A stretch of DNA of 64,000 bases from Mobula hypostoma. Taxonomy: Eukaryota. Shown here one piece after another: positions 24,837 through 38,535 of this stretch. The position numbers were made by a program, and so were the translations under genes. Under the pieces are notes generated by a model, which worked only from the letters and a program-made list of their open reading frames with translations, did not search any database and was not told the DNA's origin. Where the stretch lies: contig NC_086097.1 in assembly GCF_963921235.1 (NCBI RefSeq), positions 107,882,001-107,946,000 of the forward strand. The letters are read 5' to 3'. The first letter of the stretch is position 1. The number at the start of each line of letters is the position of its first letter.

Positions 24837-27151
24837 GTTTAGATTACTGGAACCCAGTGATGTGAGTAAGATCCTAAATTGGTATTCACTGGGGAAAGGA
24901 TGTGGAGGCTGGAGAGCTGGAGAGTTAAGGGAGAGTTACACTAATATCAGCATATCTGTATCAGGAAGGAGGAACCCCATTTGAGATAGTGGATCAAATT
25001 ATGTTGGATAAGTTCCTAGACTTGAGATCTATCTCAGCATGCTAAGGGAAACACGGGAGGAGATTGCTGGGCTGAGATGGCAGGAAACTGTAGGACAATT
25101 CATATTGTTCCTTTATTCAAAAAAAATGCAGTAGGGGTACATCTTTTACCTACAGGCCAATGAGCCTTAAATAAACAGTGGGAGTTATTAGAGAAGACTC
25201 TTAAGGGACAGGGTTATTATCCATTTGGAAAAACATCAGTTGATTAGGAGGAAGCTGCACAGTTTTGGTGAGGCAGATTATGCTTCATAAATCTGATTTG
25301 AGTTTTTGAGGTAACTGAGAAGCTGGTGAATGTAGTCATGGCTTACATGGGCTCCAGCAAGGCTTTTGACAAAGTCCCGCATGTTAGGCTGGTCCAGAAT
25401 TTTAAGGCACAAGGGATCCCAGGCATGTTGGCAAACTGGATCCAGAATCGGCTCAGTGATAAAAAGCTGAGGGAGTGGTGCATTGATGATTTTTTGACTG
25501 GAAGTTTGCAACAAATGTTGTATTTCATGGATCAGTGCTAGGAACTTTGCTGTTTATTATACATGAAATGGCTGGGAGTGCAGGTGTCTGATTAGTAAGC
25601 TTGCAGATCACATGGAACTCAGTGCAGTTATCGGTAGTGGACAAAGCTGTGCAAAGAGACAGGGAAATATAGATAAGCTGAAAAGTTGGATGGAGTGGTA
25701 GCAGATGGAATTTAATCCAGACAATAGGAGGTAATGTACTTCGGTAAATCATATTCTGATAGGATATAAGTGGCAGGGACCTTACAGCTCTTTGAAAGTG
25801 ATGATACAGGTGCTTAGGGTAATGAAGGCGGCATTTGGTATGTTCCCTTGACAGATGTAATGAGTAGATCTGCAGAAGGCAGCTTGCAACAAGTCACCAC
25901 GTACTGGCAAAATCCTGCTCTGCAGTCATCTTCCTGGCTAAGACATCCAGTACGAGTCTTGAGACATCATGTATATACAAAATATTGGTTGGAGCTCATC
26001 TGGACGATTGCAAAGAGTTCTGATCGTCACACTACATGAAGCAGGCAGTAGCAATAGAAATTGTAGAGAAGATTCACTAGGCTGCTACCTGAAATGGAGA
26101 CGTGTTATAAGGAGAGATAGGTTAGGCTGTGTTTATTCTCACTGGGAAGTAGGAGGCCGAAAGGTGACCTGTTTAAGCTTTGTAAAATCATGAGGGGCAG
26201 AGGTACGACAGAAGGTCAAAATCTTTTTAAGGGCAGAGGAGTCTAGAATTGAAAGGCATAGATTTAAGGTGAAAAGAGAGATACTTAAAGGAGATCTGAG
26301 GAGAAAGTCCTCCCACACCAAGGGTAGTGAATATCTAAACTAGGTGACCAGCACAGGCAGTGCAGGCAGCAGCAATTACATCGTTTGCAGGGCATTTGGG
26401 GAGGTACTTCAGTGGGAAAGGCAGAGAGTGATGTGGGTCTGATACAGGCATATAGAATTAGCACGAATGAGGTGGGCCAAAGGGCCTATTTCTGTGCCAA
26501 GCAATGCTATGTTTCCATGAATATTCTAATTATTAGGCTTCATTTATGAGCTTTATAACCCAGAAGGACTGGCAGTCAGCAAAATTATAACCTTTAATAT
26601 TTGCTGGTTCATTATTAAACATAATCAGATATCAGCCCATCACAAGTAAAACAAGTTATTAAAATAAATCCCTTTATGCAACTGTTGTTTCCAACCCACT
26701 ATCCGTCAAAATTCAAAACCTGCCTGTGATTTGAATAAAAGTTGTTTTGATATGAATTGCTAAAAATGTAAAAAAAAATGAAAATATTAAAGACAATGGA
26801 TAAATAAAAACTGACACATTTTACTGGGAAACAGAACATTAAAAGAAACTGAAAAATTATATAAAAGTGCAGAAGGTTGAAATCTGAAATAAAAACACTG
26901 GAAATAGTTAGAAGGTCAACTAGTTGTGTTGAGGTAAAAACACAGTTAATGTGATTCTTTATCAGAGCTGGAAAAATGAGAAAATAAGTGGCTTTTAAAT
27001 TGTTGATTTCCATCTTAATACAATTCCTCACACCTCTCCACTTTGATCAGTATCTTTTTGTCCTCTAACAGTTCCAACAAAGCCTAGCATAAGCTCGAGG
27101 AACAGAACCACAATTTTTGTCTGAACATTTTGCAGCCCTCAGCAATGATTT

Positions 27152-27440
27152 GTGGCACAGTAGCATAGTGATTAGCGCTAACACTTTACAATACAGGCAA
27201 CCTGGATTCAATTCCCACCGCTGCCTGTAAGGAATTTGTACATTCTCCCCGTGACCGCATGGATTTCCTCTGGGTGCTCTGGTTTCCTCCCACAGTCCAA
27301 AGACATACCGATTGGTAGTTTAATTGGTCATTGTAACTTGTCCCAATATTAGGCGAGCATTAAATTGGGGGATTTCTGGATGGCACGGCTCGAAGGGCTG
27401 GAAGGACCTGTTCAATATTGTATCTCAATAAATAAATTTA
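27152..27440 (+). mobile_element. HE1/V-SINE-like tRNA-derived SINE
   Basis: Box A-like tagcatagtg, box B-like ggattcaattcc, V-core ggatttcctctgggtgctctggtttcctcccacagtccaaagac, (AATA)n tail. Confidence 0.8.
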
Positions 27441-28309
27441 AATTTTTCAGATAAACCAATGTGTTTTCATTAGAATTTGCAAGCCCACCTCCCCTTCGAA
27501 GGTATAGGCCGCCAACAGCAGCTCGCCAGGGTCCTCTGTCCTGGGCCAGTCTTTCCAGTTGTCGCCATGTGTAACACAGCTTCAAAGATCCTTCCTCTCC
27601 CAGGTCTTTGCAGCTTCTGTTGGTATTTCTGCAGCTCTGGGTTTTTAACAGGATGTGTTTCCTAGACCGATGCCCAATCCTTCTCCTTTCACAGCTGGGT
27701 TTGGAACTGTCTGTGGCAGACTTGCTGCAAGATCATAGACCTGTCGTATTAACTTAAAATTTTCGAAACTGCCCGACAGCTGCACATTTCCAGCATTCTG
27801 TTTGCATTCAGATTACCAGCAATTGAAGTGTTCTGCACCTCACAGCTGCAGATGGCTCCATTTTTCTTACAAACGTTTGTACTTCTCTCTCACTAAGTAG
27901 CACTGAAATCAGCAGGTCACCTTGGTCTCCTACCTATCACAGACACTTTCTTTGGTCTCTCCTCCCTCCTTTACTCCGCATCTTAAAAGTAACCAGTTTT
28001 CTCGCATTTTCAGATCTGATTAAGGGTCATGTATTAAAACATTAACTCTACAGGTTTCCCTTTACAAATGTTTCTTGACCTGCTGAGTGTTTCTGTCACT
28101 TTCTGATTTTATTATAGACAAAAAAAATTTAAATATTGTTATGTACAATGAGTTTGACAATTGACAGGTTCAATAATAACTTATTTGTACTCCTACCTTG
28201 GATACCAAGATTCAAGATTCCATCTCCATCCTCTCTTTATTTGCCCTTGAAACACCAATTTCTTTGAGTTTTAAGTTTTTGTTAATATTGGTAAACATTT
28301 AGTAGATGT

Positions 28310-28378
28310 TGTACTGTGCAAAAGTCTTAAGCACCCTAGCTATATTTATGTACCTAGGACTTTGGCATAGTACTGTAT
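28310..28378. mobile_element. Stand-alone ~70-bp hairpin MITE (same unit as the TIRs of 11427-11950)
   Basis: gtactgtgcaaaagtcttaagcaccctagctata...ctaggactttggcatagtactg is an imperfect hairpin. Confidence 0.65.
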
Positions 28379-29074
28379 ACTGCTGTGACATGCTGGAAAA
28401 AAACATCTTAAACAGAGATAAATGATGTCCTAATGGCAGCAAACGGAGGTTCTGATGAAGGGTCTCAGCCTGAAATGTTGACTCTTTATTCCTCTCCATA
28501 GATGCTGTCTGACCTGCTGAGTTCTTCCAACATTCTATGTGTGTTGCCCTGGATTTCCAGAATCTCTGGAATCTCTTGTGTTAATGAGGTTTCTTAGCAG
28601 CACCTAGATTTGTGATTGAACATAGCAACAAAAATAGGACACCTAATGCTTCAAGTCTATTCTGCCATTTAATGAGATTGTTGTCATGAGAATTTTGCCC
28701 AAATACCATGTGGAAAGTTTTTTTTCTCCCCCATATCCTCTAATATCTTTGGCTAACGAAACATTTGGAAGGTTTTAACAGAAAGAAGGCTTGTCAATGA
28801 ACAGTGCAAGCTCTGACTATCATTTTTCAGTGTTCTTTGTCTGCAGCCGTGGTACCAGAGGATGGGAAGGATGCAGCAAAGTTTCAAGTCACAAAGTGTT
28901 GCTTGAAAACAGACAACAGAGAGACAGTTGCTACAGTGACAGCATAACCAAACATTAGAAAGGTAAAGGTTAATCCAGGACCGTCAGCATCGATTTGTTA
29001 AAGGAAACTACTTTTTGATTTATTTATTTCAATGTTTTGAGTAAATAATGGGGATGACCAATGAGGGTGCACAT

Positions 29075-29870
29075 TTCAACACTCACAACACGCTGGAGGA
29101 ACTCAGCGGGTCAAGCAGCATCCGTGGAAAAAATCGGTCGACGTTTCAGGCCAGAACCCTTCATCAGGCCTGAAGAGGGAAGGGGCAAAGGCCCTATAAA
29201 GAAGGAGGGGGGAGGGTGGGAAGGAGAAAGCTGGTAGGTTCCAGGTGAAAAACCAGTAAGGGGAAAGATAAAGGGGTGGGGGAGGGGAAGCAGGGAGGTG
29301 ATAGGCAGGAAAGGTGAAGAAGGAATAGGGGAAAACACAATGGGTAGTAGAAGGAGGCAGAACCATGAGGGAGGTGATAGGCAGCTGGGGGAGGGGTCAG
29401 CGTGACATAGGGATAGGGGCAGGGAAGGGGAGGGAATTACCAGAAGTTGCATTCTATGTTCATACCAAGTGGCTGGAGACTATCTCGACGGTTTATGAGG
29501 TGTTGCTCCTCCAACCTGAGTTTAGCCTCATTATGGCAGTAGAGGAGGCCATGTATGGACATATCTGAATGGGAGTGGGAAGCAAAGTTTAAGTGGGTGG
29601 CCACTGGGAGATCCTGTCTGTTTTGGCGGATGTAGCGGAGGTGCTCGACGAAGCGGTCCCCCAATCTGTGTCGGGTTTCACCGATGTAGAGGAGGACGCA
29701 CCAGGAGCACCGGATGCAATAGATGACCCCAACAGACTCAGAAGTGAAGTGTTGCCTCACTTGGAAGGACTGTTTGGGGCCCTGAATAGTGGCAAGAGAG
29801 GAGGTGTAGGGACAGGTGTAGCACTTGCGCTTACAGGGATAAGTGCCAGGTGGGAGATCCGTGGGGAGGG
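29075..29870 (-). mobile_element. Penelope-like element (Neptune-type) 3' fragment: Cys motif, GIY-YIG endonuclease and pseudo-LTR
   Basis: PGTYPCKRKCYTCP, then VIYCIRC...LYIGETRHRLGDRFVEHL...PVATH...LQPLGMN. Hammerhead-like motif at about 29136-29170. Confidence 0.88.
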
Positions 29871-29871
29871 A

Positions 29872-32725
29872 CGTATGGACATGTGGTCGATGTTTAGAGA
29901 TCTCTTGCAGGATGTTAGGGATTTATGATAGGAAACTTTGTCACATGGTGTGAGCAGAATTATCTGCAGCTTAATGTAAAAAAGACTAAGGGTACCAGTG
30001 ACCCCTGTTTCCATCCAGGGGGTCAGTGTGGACATGGTGGAGGATGACAAATACCTGGTGATACGAATTGACAATAAACTGGACTGGTCAAAGAACACTG
30101 AGGCTGTCTACAAAAAGGGACAGAGCCGTCTCTATTTCCTGAGGAGACTGAGATCCTTTAACATCTGTCGAACGATGCTGAGGATGTTCTACGAGTCTGT
30201 GGTGGTCAGTGCTATCATGTTTGCTGTTGTGTGCTGGGGCAGAAGGCTGAGGGTAGCAGACACCGACAGAACCAACAAACTCATTCGTAAGGCCAGTGAT
30301 GTTGTGGGGATGGAAATGGACTCTCTCACGGTGGTGTCTGAAAAGAGGATGCTGTCCAAGTTGCATGGCATCTTGGACAATGTCTCCCATCCACTACATA
30401 ATGTACTGGGTGGGCAGAGGAGTACATTCAGCCAGAGACTCATTCTACCGAGATGCAACACAGAGCGTCATAGGAAGGTTTCCTGCCTGTGGCCATCAAA
30501 CTTTACGACTCCTCCCTTGGAGGGTCAGACACCCTGAACCAATAGGCTGGTCCTGGACTTATTTCATGATTTACTGGCATAATTTACATATTACTATTTA
30601 ACTATTTATGGTTCTATTACTATTTATTATTTATGGTGCAACTGTAACGAAAACCAATTTCCCCTTGGATCAATAAAGTATGACTATGACTATAAAATTG
30701 TCCTGGTGAGGAAGATAAAGAATGGTAGGGCGAAGGAACCATGGGTGACAAGTGAGGTGGAAAATCTAGTCAGGTGGAAGAAGGCAGCATACATGAGGTT
30801 TAGGAAACAAAGTTCAGATGGGTCTATTGAGGAATATAGAGAAGCAAGAAAGGAACTTAAGAAGGGGCTGAGAAGAGCAAGAAGGGGGCATGAGAAGGCC
30901 TTGGCGAGTAGCGTAAAGGAAAACCCCAAGGCATTCTTCAATTATGTGAAGAAAAAAAGGATGACAGGAGTGAAGGTAGGACCGATTAGAGATAATGGTT
31001 TGAAGATATGCCCGGAGGCTGTGGAAGTGAGCGAGGTCCTCAATGAATACTTCTTTTCTGTATTCACCAATGAGAGGGAACTTGATGATGGTGAGAACAA
31101 TATGAGTGAGGTTAATGTTCTGGAGCATGTTGATATTAAGGGAGAGGAGGTGTCGGAGTTGGTAAAAGACATTAGGACGGACAAGTCCCCGGGGCCTGAT
31201 GGAATATTGCCCAGGCTGCTCCACAAGGCGAGGGAAGAGATTGCTGAGCCTCTGGCTAGGATCTTTATGTCCTCGTTGTCCATGGGAATTGTACCAGAGG
31301 ATTAGAGGGAGGCAAATATTGTCCCCTTGTTCAAAAAAGGTAGTAGGGATAGTCCGGGTAATTATAGACCAGTGAGTCTTATGTCAGTGGTGGGAAAGCT
31401 GTTGGAAAAGATTCTTAGAGATAGGATCTATGGGCATTTAGAGGATCATGGTCTGATCAGGGACAGTCAGCATGGCTTTGTGAAGGGCAGATCGTGTCTA
31501 ACAAGCCTGATAGAGTTCTTTGAGGAGGTGACCAGGCATATAGATGAGGGTAGTGCTGTGGATGTGGTCTACATGGATTTTAGTAAGGCATTTGACAAGG
31601 TTCCACACAGTAGGCTTATTCAGAAAGTCAGAAGGCATGGGATCCAGGGAAGTTTGGCCAGGTGGATTCAGAATTGGCTTGCCTGCAGAAGGCAGAGGGT
31701 CATGGTGGAGGGAGGACATTCGGATTGGAGGATTGTGACTAGTGGTGTCCCACAAGGATCTGTTCTGGGACCTCTACTTTTCATGATTTTTATTAACGAC
31801 CTGGATGTGGGGGTAGAAAGGTGGGTTGGCAAGTTTGAAGGCGACACGAAGGTTAGTGGTGTTGTAGATAGTGTAGAGGATTGTCGAAGATTGCAGAGAG
31901 ACATTGATAGGATGCAGAAGTGGGCTGAGAAGTGGCAGATGGAGTTCAACCCGGAGAAGTATGAGGTGGTACACTTTGGAAGGACAAACTCCAAGGCAGA
32001 GTACAAAGTAAATGGCAGGATACTTGGTAGTGTGGAGGAGCAGAGGGATCTGGGGGTACATGTCCACAGATCCCTGAAAGTTGCCTCACAGGTGGATAGG
32101 GTAGTTAAGAAAGCTTATAGGGTGTTAGCTTTCATAAGTCGAGGGATAGAGTTTAAGAGTCGCGATGCAATGATACAGCTCTATAAAACTCTGGTTAGGC
32201 CACACTTGGAGTACTCTGTCCAGTTCTGGTCGCCACACTATAGGAAGGATGTGGATGCATTGGTAAGGGTACAGAGGAGATTTACCAGGATGCTGCCTGG
32301 TTTAGAGAGTATGCATTATGATCAGAGATTAAGGGAGCTAGGGCTTTACTCTTTGGAGAGATGGAGGATGAGAGGAGACATGATAGAGGTGTACAAGATA
32401 ATAAGAGGAATAGATAGAGTGGATAGCCAGCGCCTCTTCCCCAGGGAACCACTGCTCAAGACAAGAGGACATGGCTTTAAGGTAAGGGGTGGGAAGTTCA
32501 AGGGGGATATTAGAGGAAGATTTTTTACTCAGAGAATGATTGGTGCGTGGAATGCACTGCCTGAGTCAGTGGTGGAGGCAGATACACTAGTGAAGTTTAA
32601 GAGACTGCTAGACAGGTATATGGAGGAATTTAAGGTGAGGGGTTATATGGGAGGCAGGGTTTGAGAATCGGCACAATATTGTGGGCCGAAGGGCCTGTAC
32701 TGTGCTGTACTATTCTATCTATCTA
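29872..32725 (+). mobile_element. 5'-truncated CR1 LINE with near-intact RT region, interrupted near its 5' end by Rex1/Babar
   Basis: ORFs 30706-31305 and 31327-32664: KSPGPDG, NYRPVSL, QHGF, DFSKAFD, GVPQGSVLGP. FADD is mutated to FEGD. (CTAT)n tail. Confidence 0.92.
29923..30692 (+). mobile_element. Rex1/Babar LINE 3' fragment
   Basis: WCEQNYLQLNVKKT...KYL..IDNKLDWSKNT..KKGQSRLYFLRRL..FYESVV. Tail aataaagt(atgact)n. Confidence 0.85.
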
Positions 32726-32729
32726 TGCA

Positions 32730-34497
32730 CTGTGAATGAGTATGCCACAGAAGTCACCAACTTCATTAAAACCTGTGTGCATGAGTGTGCTGTGTGCTGA
32801 AGAGAACTTACTGCAATCAAATCAAGTCGTGGATGAACCAGGAGGTTCGTAGTCTGCTGAGAGGGCTAGAGCTGTGGCATTCAAGTCTGGCGACCTAGTA
32901 CTATGCAAGAAAACCAAGTACAACTACAGAGGACTATCTCAAGAGCAAAGAAACAACCCTGTTTGAGATTGGAGGCAAATGGGAAGCACATCAACTTTGG
33001 CAGGGCTTACAGGCCATTATTTCCTACAAAGCGAAACCTAACACCATGAATGGCAGTGATGCTTCCCAGATGAGTTCAATGTCTTTTATGCTCGCTATGA
33101 GAGGGAAAATAAAACTACAGCTATGAGGGTCTCTGCAGCTTCTGGTGATCCTGTGATCTCAGTCAGAACATCTTTCAAGAAGAGGGTGAAACCTCACAAG
33201 ATGACAGGCCCTGATGGAATACCAGGTAGGGCTCTGAAAGTCTATGCCAACCAACTGGCGGGTGTGTTCAGACATCTTCAGTCTCTCATTGCTACAATTG
33301 GAAATTCCCACCTGCTTCAAAAGGGCAACCATCATTCCAGTGGCCAAGAGGCAGGGTGAGCTGCCTTGACAACTATCATCCAGTAGCACTCAAGTCTACA
33401 GTGACAAAGTGCTTTGAGAGGTTGGCCAGAAGAAACTCCTGTCCCAGCAAGGAATGGACCCACTACAATTTGCCTATCACAATAGATCTACAGTGGATGT
33501 GATCTCATTGGCTCTTCGCGTGGTCTTGGATCATCCGGCCAATGCAAATACCTATGTCAGGATGCTGTTTATTGAGTATAGCTCAGCATTTAATACCATC
33601 ATTCCTACAGTTCTGGTCAAAAAGGTTTCTGTACCTCCCTCTGCAACTGGATCCTCAACTTCCTAACCAGAAGAGTACAATCTGTACGGATCAGAAATCG
33701 CATCTTCACCTCGCCAACGATCAACACCGACTCACCTCAGGGATGTGTGCTTACCCTTAGCCCACTCTCTTGCACCCACAATGTGTGGACAGGTACAACT
33801 CAAATGCCATCTATAAATTTGCTGATGACACAACCACTGTTGGCAGAATTTCAAATGGTGACGAGAAGACGTACAGGAACGAGATAGGTAAGCTGGTGGA
33901 ATGGTGTCTCACATTAACCTTGCACCTAGCGTCAGTAAGACCAAAGAGTTGATTGTGGACTTCAGAAAGGGTAACACACACCAGTCTTCATTGATAGATC
34001 AGAAGTGAGCAATTTCAGCTAACTTCATGTCAACATCTCTGAGGATCTATACAGGGCCCAACATATCAATGCGGCTATAAAGAAGGCACAACAGTGGCTA
34101 TATTTCATTGGGAGTTTGAGGATAATTGTTATGTCACCAAAGGCACTCATAAATTTCTACAGATGTACCCTGGAGAGCATTCTAACTAGCTGTATTGCCA
34201 TCTGGTATGGGGGGAGGAGCAACTCCGAAATAAGCTGCAGATGGTTGTAGACTTAAGTCAGCTCCTCATGGGCACTAGCCTCCATAGTATCTAGGTCATC
34301 TTCAGGAGCAATGCTGCAAAAAGGCAGCATCCATCATTAAGGGCCCCCATCACCCAAGACCTACTTTGTTCTCATTGCCACCATCAAGGAGGAACTACAG
34401 GAGCATGAAGTCACACACTCAACAATTCAGGAACAGCCTCTTCCCTTCTGACTTCTGATCTCCGAATGGACATTGAACCCACGAACACTACCTCACT
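32730..34497 (+). mobile_element. Degenerate Rex1/Babar LINE (RT to 3' end)
   Basis: [53 protein letters not shown]. Confidence 0.85.
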
Positions 34498-35489
34498 CAC
34501 ACAATGCTGGAGGAACCCAGCAGGCCAGGTGGCATCTACGGAAAAGAGTACAATCGACATTTCAGGCCGAGGCCCTTCATCAGGACTGGACTCCTCTTGC
34601 GGAATGTGGGAAGGCAAGGAGACTTCCAGTGTCTCGGATGACTACACTTGCAAGAAGTGCATCCAGCTGCAGCTTCTAACAGACTATGTTCAGGAGTTGG
34701 AGCTGGAACTGGATGAACACCAGATCATTCAGGAGGCTGAGGGGTTGATAGACAGAACATACAGGAAGGTAGTTACACCCAAAGTGCAGGGCAAAGGCAG
34801 CTGGATGACCATCAGGAAGGAGAAAGAGGATAGGCAGCCAGTGTTGAGGACCCTTGTGACTTTTCCCCTTAGCAAAAGGTACTGTTGCAGGGGATGACTT
34901 AGCAGAGGAAAGCCACAGCACTGAGTCTGGCTCTGTGACTCAAGAGGGAAGGAAGAGAAGAGGCTAGCAGTAATGATAGAGATTTGTTGGTTAGGGGATC
35001 AAAAAGGAGGTTCTGTGGACAAGAATGAGATTCCTGAATGGTATGTTGCCTCCTGGATGCCAGGGTCAAGGAGATCTTGAATTTAGTCCACAGCATTCTT
35101 AAGTAGCAAGGTGAACAGCCAGAGGTCATGGTCCATGTAAGTACCAATGACATGGGTAGGGAGAGTGATGAGGTTCTATACAGTGAGCTTGGGGAGATAG
35201 GTGCAAGGTTAAAAGACAGGACCTCCAGGGTTATGAATGCAAGATTGCTACCCATGCCAAGTTCTAGTGATGCCAAAAATAGGAAGATAATACAGTTTAT
35301 CACGTAGCTAAGAAAATGGTGCAGAACGGTGGGCTTCAGATATTTGGATTCTTCCAGGGAAGATGGGGTCTGTACAGAAACAATGGTCGCACATGAACTG
35401 GGGAGAGAATGGGAACCAGAGAATCAGAACAGATAGTGCAGTGATTGTGGAGAAAGATGTTGTTAAGCCTACATACGATGTCAGGTCAA

Positions 35490-37367
35490 TGAAATCTCTC
35501 TGAAGATACAACGAATGGAAGCCAGCAAATAATATCAAAGAGGATACTAAAAGCTTTTTCAAGTATATAAAGAGTAAAAGACAGGTGAGAGTAGATATAG
35601 GACGATAGAAAATGATGCTGGAGAAATTGTAATGGGAGATAAGGATTTGGCGGAGGAACTGAACAAGTAGTTTGCATCAGTCTTCACTGAGGAAGACATC
35701 AGCAGTATACCAGACACTCAAGGGTGGCAGGGAAGAGAAGTGTGCACAGTCACAATTACGACAGATAAAGTACTCAGGAAGCTGAATAGTCTAAAGGTAG
35801 ATAAATCTCCTGGACCAGATGGAATGCACCCTCGTGTTCTGAAGGAAGTAGCTGTGGAGATTGCAGAGGCATTAGCAATGATCCTTCAAAAGTCAATAGA
35901 TTCTGGCATGGTTCCGGAAGACTGGAAGATTGCAAATGTCACTCCGCTATTTAAGAAGGGGACAAGGAAGCAAAAAGGAAATTAAAGACCTGTTAGCTTG
36001 ACATTGGTGACTGGGAAGTTGTTGGAGTCGATTGTCAAGGATGAGGTTACGGAGTACCTGGAGGCATACGAGAAGATAGGCAGAACTCAGCATGGTTTCC
36101 TTAAAGGAAAATCCTGCCTGACAAACCTATTACAATTTTTTGAGGAAATTACAAGTAGGCTAGATAAGGGAGATGCAGTGGATGTTGTATATTTGGATTT
36201 TCAGAAGGCCTTTGACAAGGTGCCACACATGAGGCTGCTTAACAAGAGCCCATGGAATTAAGGGATAGTTACATACATGGATAGGGCGTTGGCTGATTGG
36301 CAGGAAACAGAGCGGGAATAAAGGGATCCTATTCTGGTTGGCTGCCGGTTACCAGTGGTGTTCCACAGGGGTCCGTATTGGGGCAGCTTCTTTTTACGTT
36401 GTACATCAACGATTTGGATTACGGAATAGATGGCTTTGTGGCTAAGTTTGCTGATGATACGAAGATAGGTGGAGGGGCCGGTAGTGCTGAGGAAACAGAG
36501 AGTCTGCAGAGAGACTTGGATAGATTGGAAGAATGGGCAAAGAAGTGGCAAATGAAGTACAATGTTGGAAAGTGTATGGTTATGCATTTTGGCAGAAGAA
36601 ATAAATGGGCAGACTATTATTTAAATGGGGAAAGAATTCAAAGTTCTGAGATGCAATGGGACTTGGGAGTCCTCGTGCAGGATACCCTTAAGGTTAACCT
36701 CCAGGTTGAGTCGGTGGTGAAGAAGGCGAATGCAATGTTGGCATTCATTTCTTGAGGAATAGAGTGTAGGAGCAGGGATGTGATGTTGAGGCTCTATAAG
36801 GCGCTGGTGAGACCTCACTTGGAGTACTGTGGGCAGTTCTGGTCTCCATATTTAAGAAAGGATGTGCTGACGTTGGAGAGGGTACAGAGAAAATTCACTA
36901 GAATGATTCCGGGAATGAGAGGGTTAACATATGAGGAACGTTTGTCCACTCTTGGACTGTATTCCTTGGAGTTTAGAAGAATGAGGGGGGACCTCATAGA
37001 AACATTTCAAATGTTGAAAGGCATGGACAGAGTGGATGTGGCAAAGTTGTTTCCCATGATGGGGGAGCCTAGTACGAGAGGGCATGACTTAAGGATTGAA
37101 GGGCGCCCATTCAGAACAGAGATGTGAGGAAATTTTTTTAGCCAGAGGGTGGTGACTCTATGGAATTTGTTGCCACGGGCGGCAGTGGAAGCCAAGTCAT
37201 TGGGTGTATTTAAGGCAGAGATTGATAGGTATCTGAGTAGCCAGGGCATCAAAGGTTATGGTGAGAAGGCGGGAGAGTGGGACTAAATGGGAGAAGGGAT
37301 CAGCTCATGATAAAATGGCGGAGCAGACTTGATGGGCCAAATGGCCGACTTCTGCTCCTTTGTCTAT
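35490..37367 (+). mobile_element. Nested 5'-truncated CR1, same subfamily as 62481-64000
   Basis: KSPGPDGMHPRVLKE, QHGFLKGKSCLTNL, FADDTK, RPHLEYC. Near-identical to 63160-64000. Confidence 0.88.
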
Positions 37368-38313
37368 CATGGCGGGACTAAAGTTCTATGATGCGTATAT
37401 TTCAATGCAAGGAGTATTGTAGAAAAGGCAGATGAATTCAGGGCATGAATTATGACACTGTAGCCATTAGTGAGACTTTGTTGCAGGAGGGGAAGGACTG
37501 GCAGCTCACTATTCCGGGGTTCTGTTTTTGATGTGATAGAGCGGGAGGGATTAAGGGGTAGGACTGGCATCACTAGTCAGGGAAAATGTCACAGCAGATG
37601 AAGTATTGAAGAGTATAAGAAATGCAAAAGAACCTTTAAGGAGGAAATCAGGAAGGCTAAAAGACATGCTCAAGCAAACAAGATGAGTAAGAATCCCAAA
37701 AGCTTCTACAGATATAGATATTAAGAGCAAAAGGATAGCAAGGGGTAAAATTGGTCCTTTGGAAGATCAGAGTGGTAATCTATGCATGGAGCTGATAGAG
37801 ATGGGGGAGATCTTAAATACATTCTTTTGCATCTGTATTTACTTGGGAAATGGATAGAGTCTATACATGTGTGGTAATGCAGCGGGGACATCAATGACCC
37901 TATACAGATTACAGAGGAGGTGATGTTTGCCATCTTGAGGCAAATTAGGGTGGATAAATCCCCAGGGCTTGACAAAGTGTTCCCTCTGACTCCGTGGGAG
38001 GACAGAGCAGAAATTGCAGGGACTCATAAATATGAATATTAACATAAATATTTTAAACATTTTTAGCCACAGGTGAGATGCCAGGGGACTAAAGGATAGC
38101 TAGTGTTGTTCAGTTTCTTAAGGAAGGCCCTAAGAATAAATCAGAAATTATAGGCTGGTGAGCCTGTCGTTGTAGTGGGAAGGTTATTGAAGGGTGTTCA
38201 AAGGGACTGGATATGTAAGTATTTGGATAGGCAAGGACTGATTAGGTACTGTCAACATGACTTTGTGCACGGTAAGTGGTGCTTAATCAATCTTATAGAG
38301 ATTTTTGAGGAAG

Positions 38314-38535
38314 AAGAAAGAAGAAGGAGAAAGCCCATAACTCCGAGTGGAGTCATCGGGACGGCGTCATGACGGCGTTTTTTTTTAGCAGGCTTTCTTA
38401 TTTTTATGAGGCCGAGTTGCTAGCTTGATGCTCAACCCAGCACGGATGGAAAGTGTGCAAAGGAGCCGGCTGGATTCGAACTCGGGAGCCATCGCTCCGA
38501 AGTCTGGCGCTGATGCCACTACGCCACCAGCCGGT
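38314..38535 (-). mobile_element. Young tRNA-derived SINE with (CTT)n tail
   Basis: Reverse complement has box A TGGCGTAGTGG and box B GAGTTCGAATCC. 14-bp TSD GATTTTTGAGGAAG (38300-38313, 38536-38549). CpG-rich. Confidence 0.88.

Larger units (their letters stand above)
22930..26520 (+). mobile_element. Highly degenerate CR1 LINE interrupted by a solo LTR
   Basis: Remnants SKAFDKVPH..L, WIQNRL, QMEFNP and a CR1-type 3' end. LTR inserted at 23686-24836. Confidence 0.7.

Noticed and set aside
38460..38535. tRNA gene
   Set aside because: The tRNA-like head is part of a SINE with body, tail and TSD.
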